Of a stretch of DNA of 64,000 bases, positions 63,767 to 64,000 are shown one piece after another; position 1 is the first letter of the stretch, and each line of letters starts with the position of its first letter. The stretch comes from Octopus sinensis (Eukaryota). The notes under the pieces were generated by a model. That model was not told where the DNA came from and did no database searches. It saw only the letters and a list, made by a program, of their open reading frames with translations. The translations under genes were made by a program, and so were the position numbers. The DNA lies in assembly GCF_006345805.1 (NCBI RefSeq), contig NC_042997.1, forward strand, positions 158,472,001 to 158,536,000, given 5' to 3'.

Positions 63767-64000
63767 ATATATATATATATATATATATATCCCTAATTCG
63801 AATAAAGTACTTTCTAATTTACATTTACCGAACTTACTACTTCTTTATATTTTATTCACATCATTATCATTACACCTAAATGCCTTGCATGATCATACCC
63901 GTACTTCCTAGCAAAATTAGGACCTTAACAATCACATAAGCGAAGACAAATATCTTTAAAATTACTTCTTTAGACATGCATTTATTATAATTAGCTATCT

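Overview
AT-rich, microsatellite-dense eukaryotic DNA, most likely from an octopus genome (inferred from the SINE/LINE repertoire and TA/CA/GATA tract density; no database search was run). Only one convincing host-gene piece is visible: a candidate first coding exon at 18012-18147 (+; MGSTPSS..., GTAAGT donor), so much of the downstream window may be intron. The rest is transposon-derived: a decayed mariner, a Tc1/maT remnant, RTE and CR1-like LINEs, several tRNA-derived SINE families and many Penelope-like element (PLE) pieces. The main result, folded by hand from the sequence, is a dense set of type I hammerhead ribozyme (HHR) motifs: about 12 motifs from at least 6 unrelated PLE-end families. 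Most sit in fold-back (inverted) structures. A ~545-bp tandem array at 44931-46800 has one HHR per unit and resembles a retrozyme. Recurrent core variants (U4C, U10.1-U11.1) are shared between families. Ribozyme activity and expression are untested, and element boundaries are approximate unless exact motifs are quoted.
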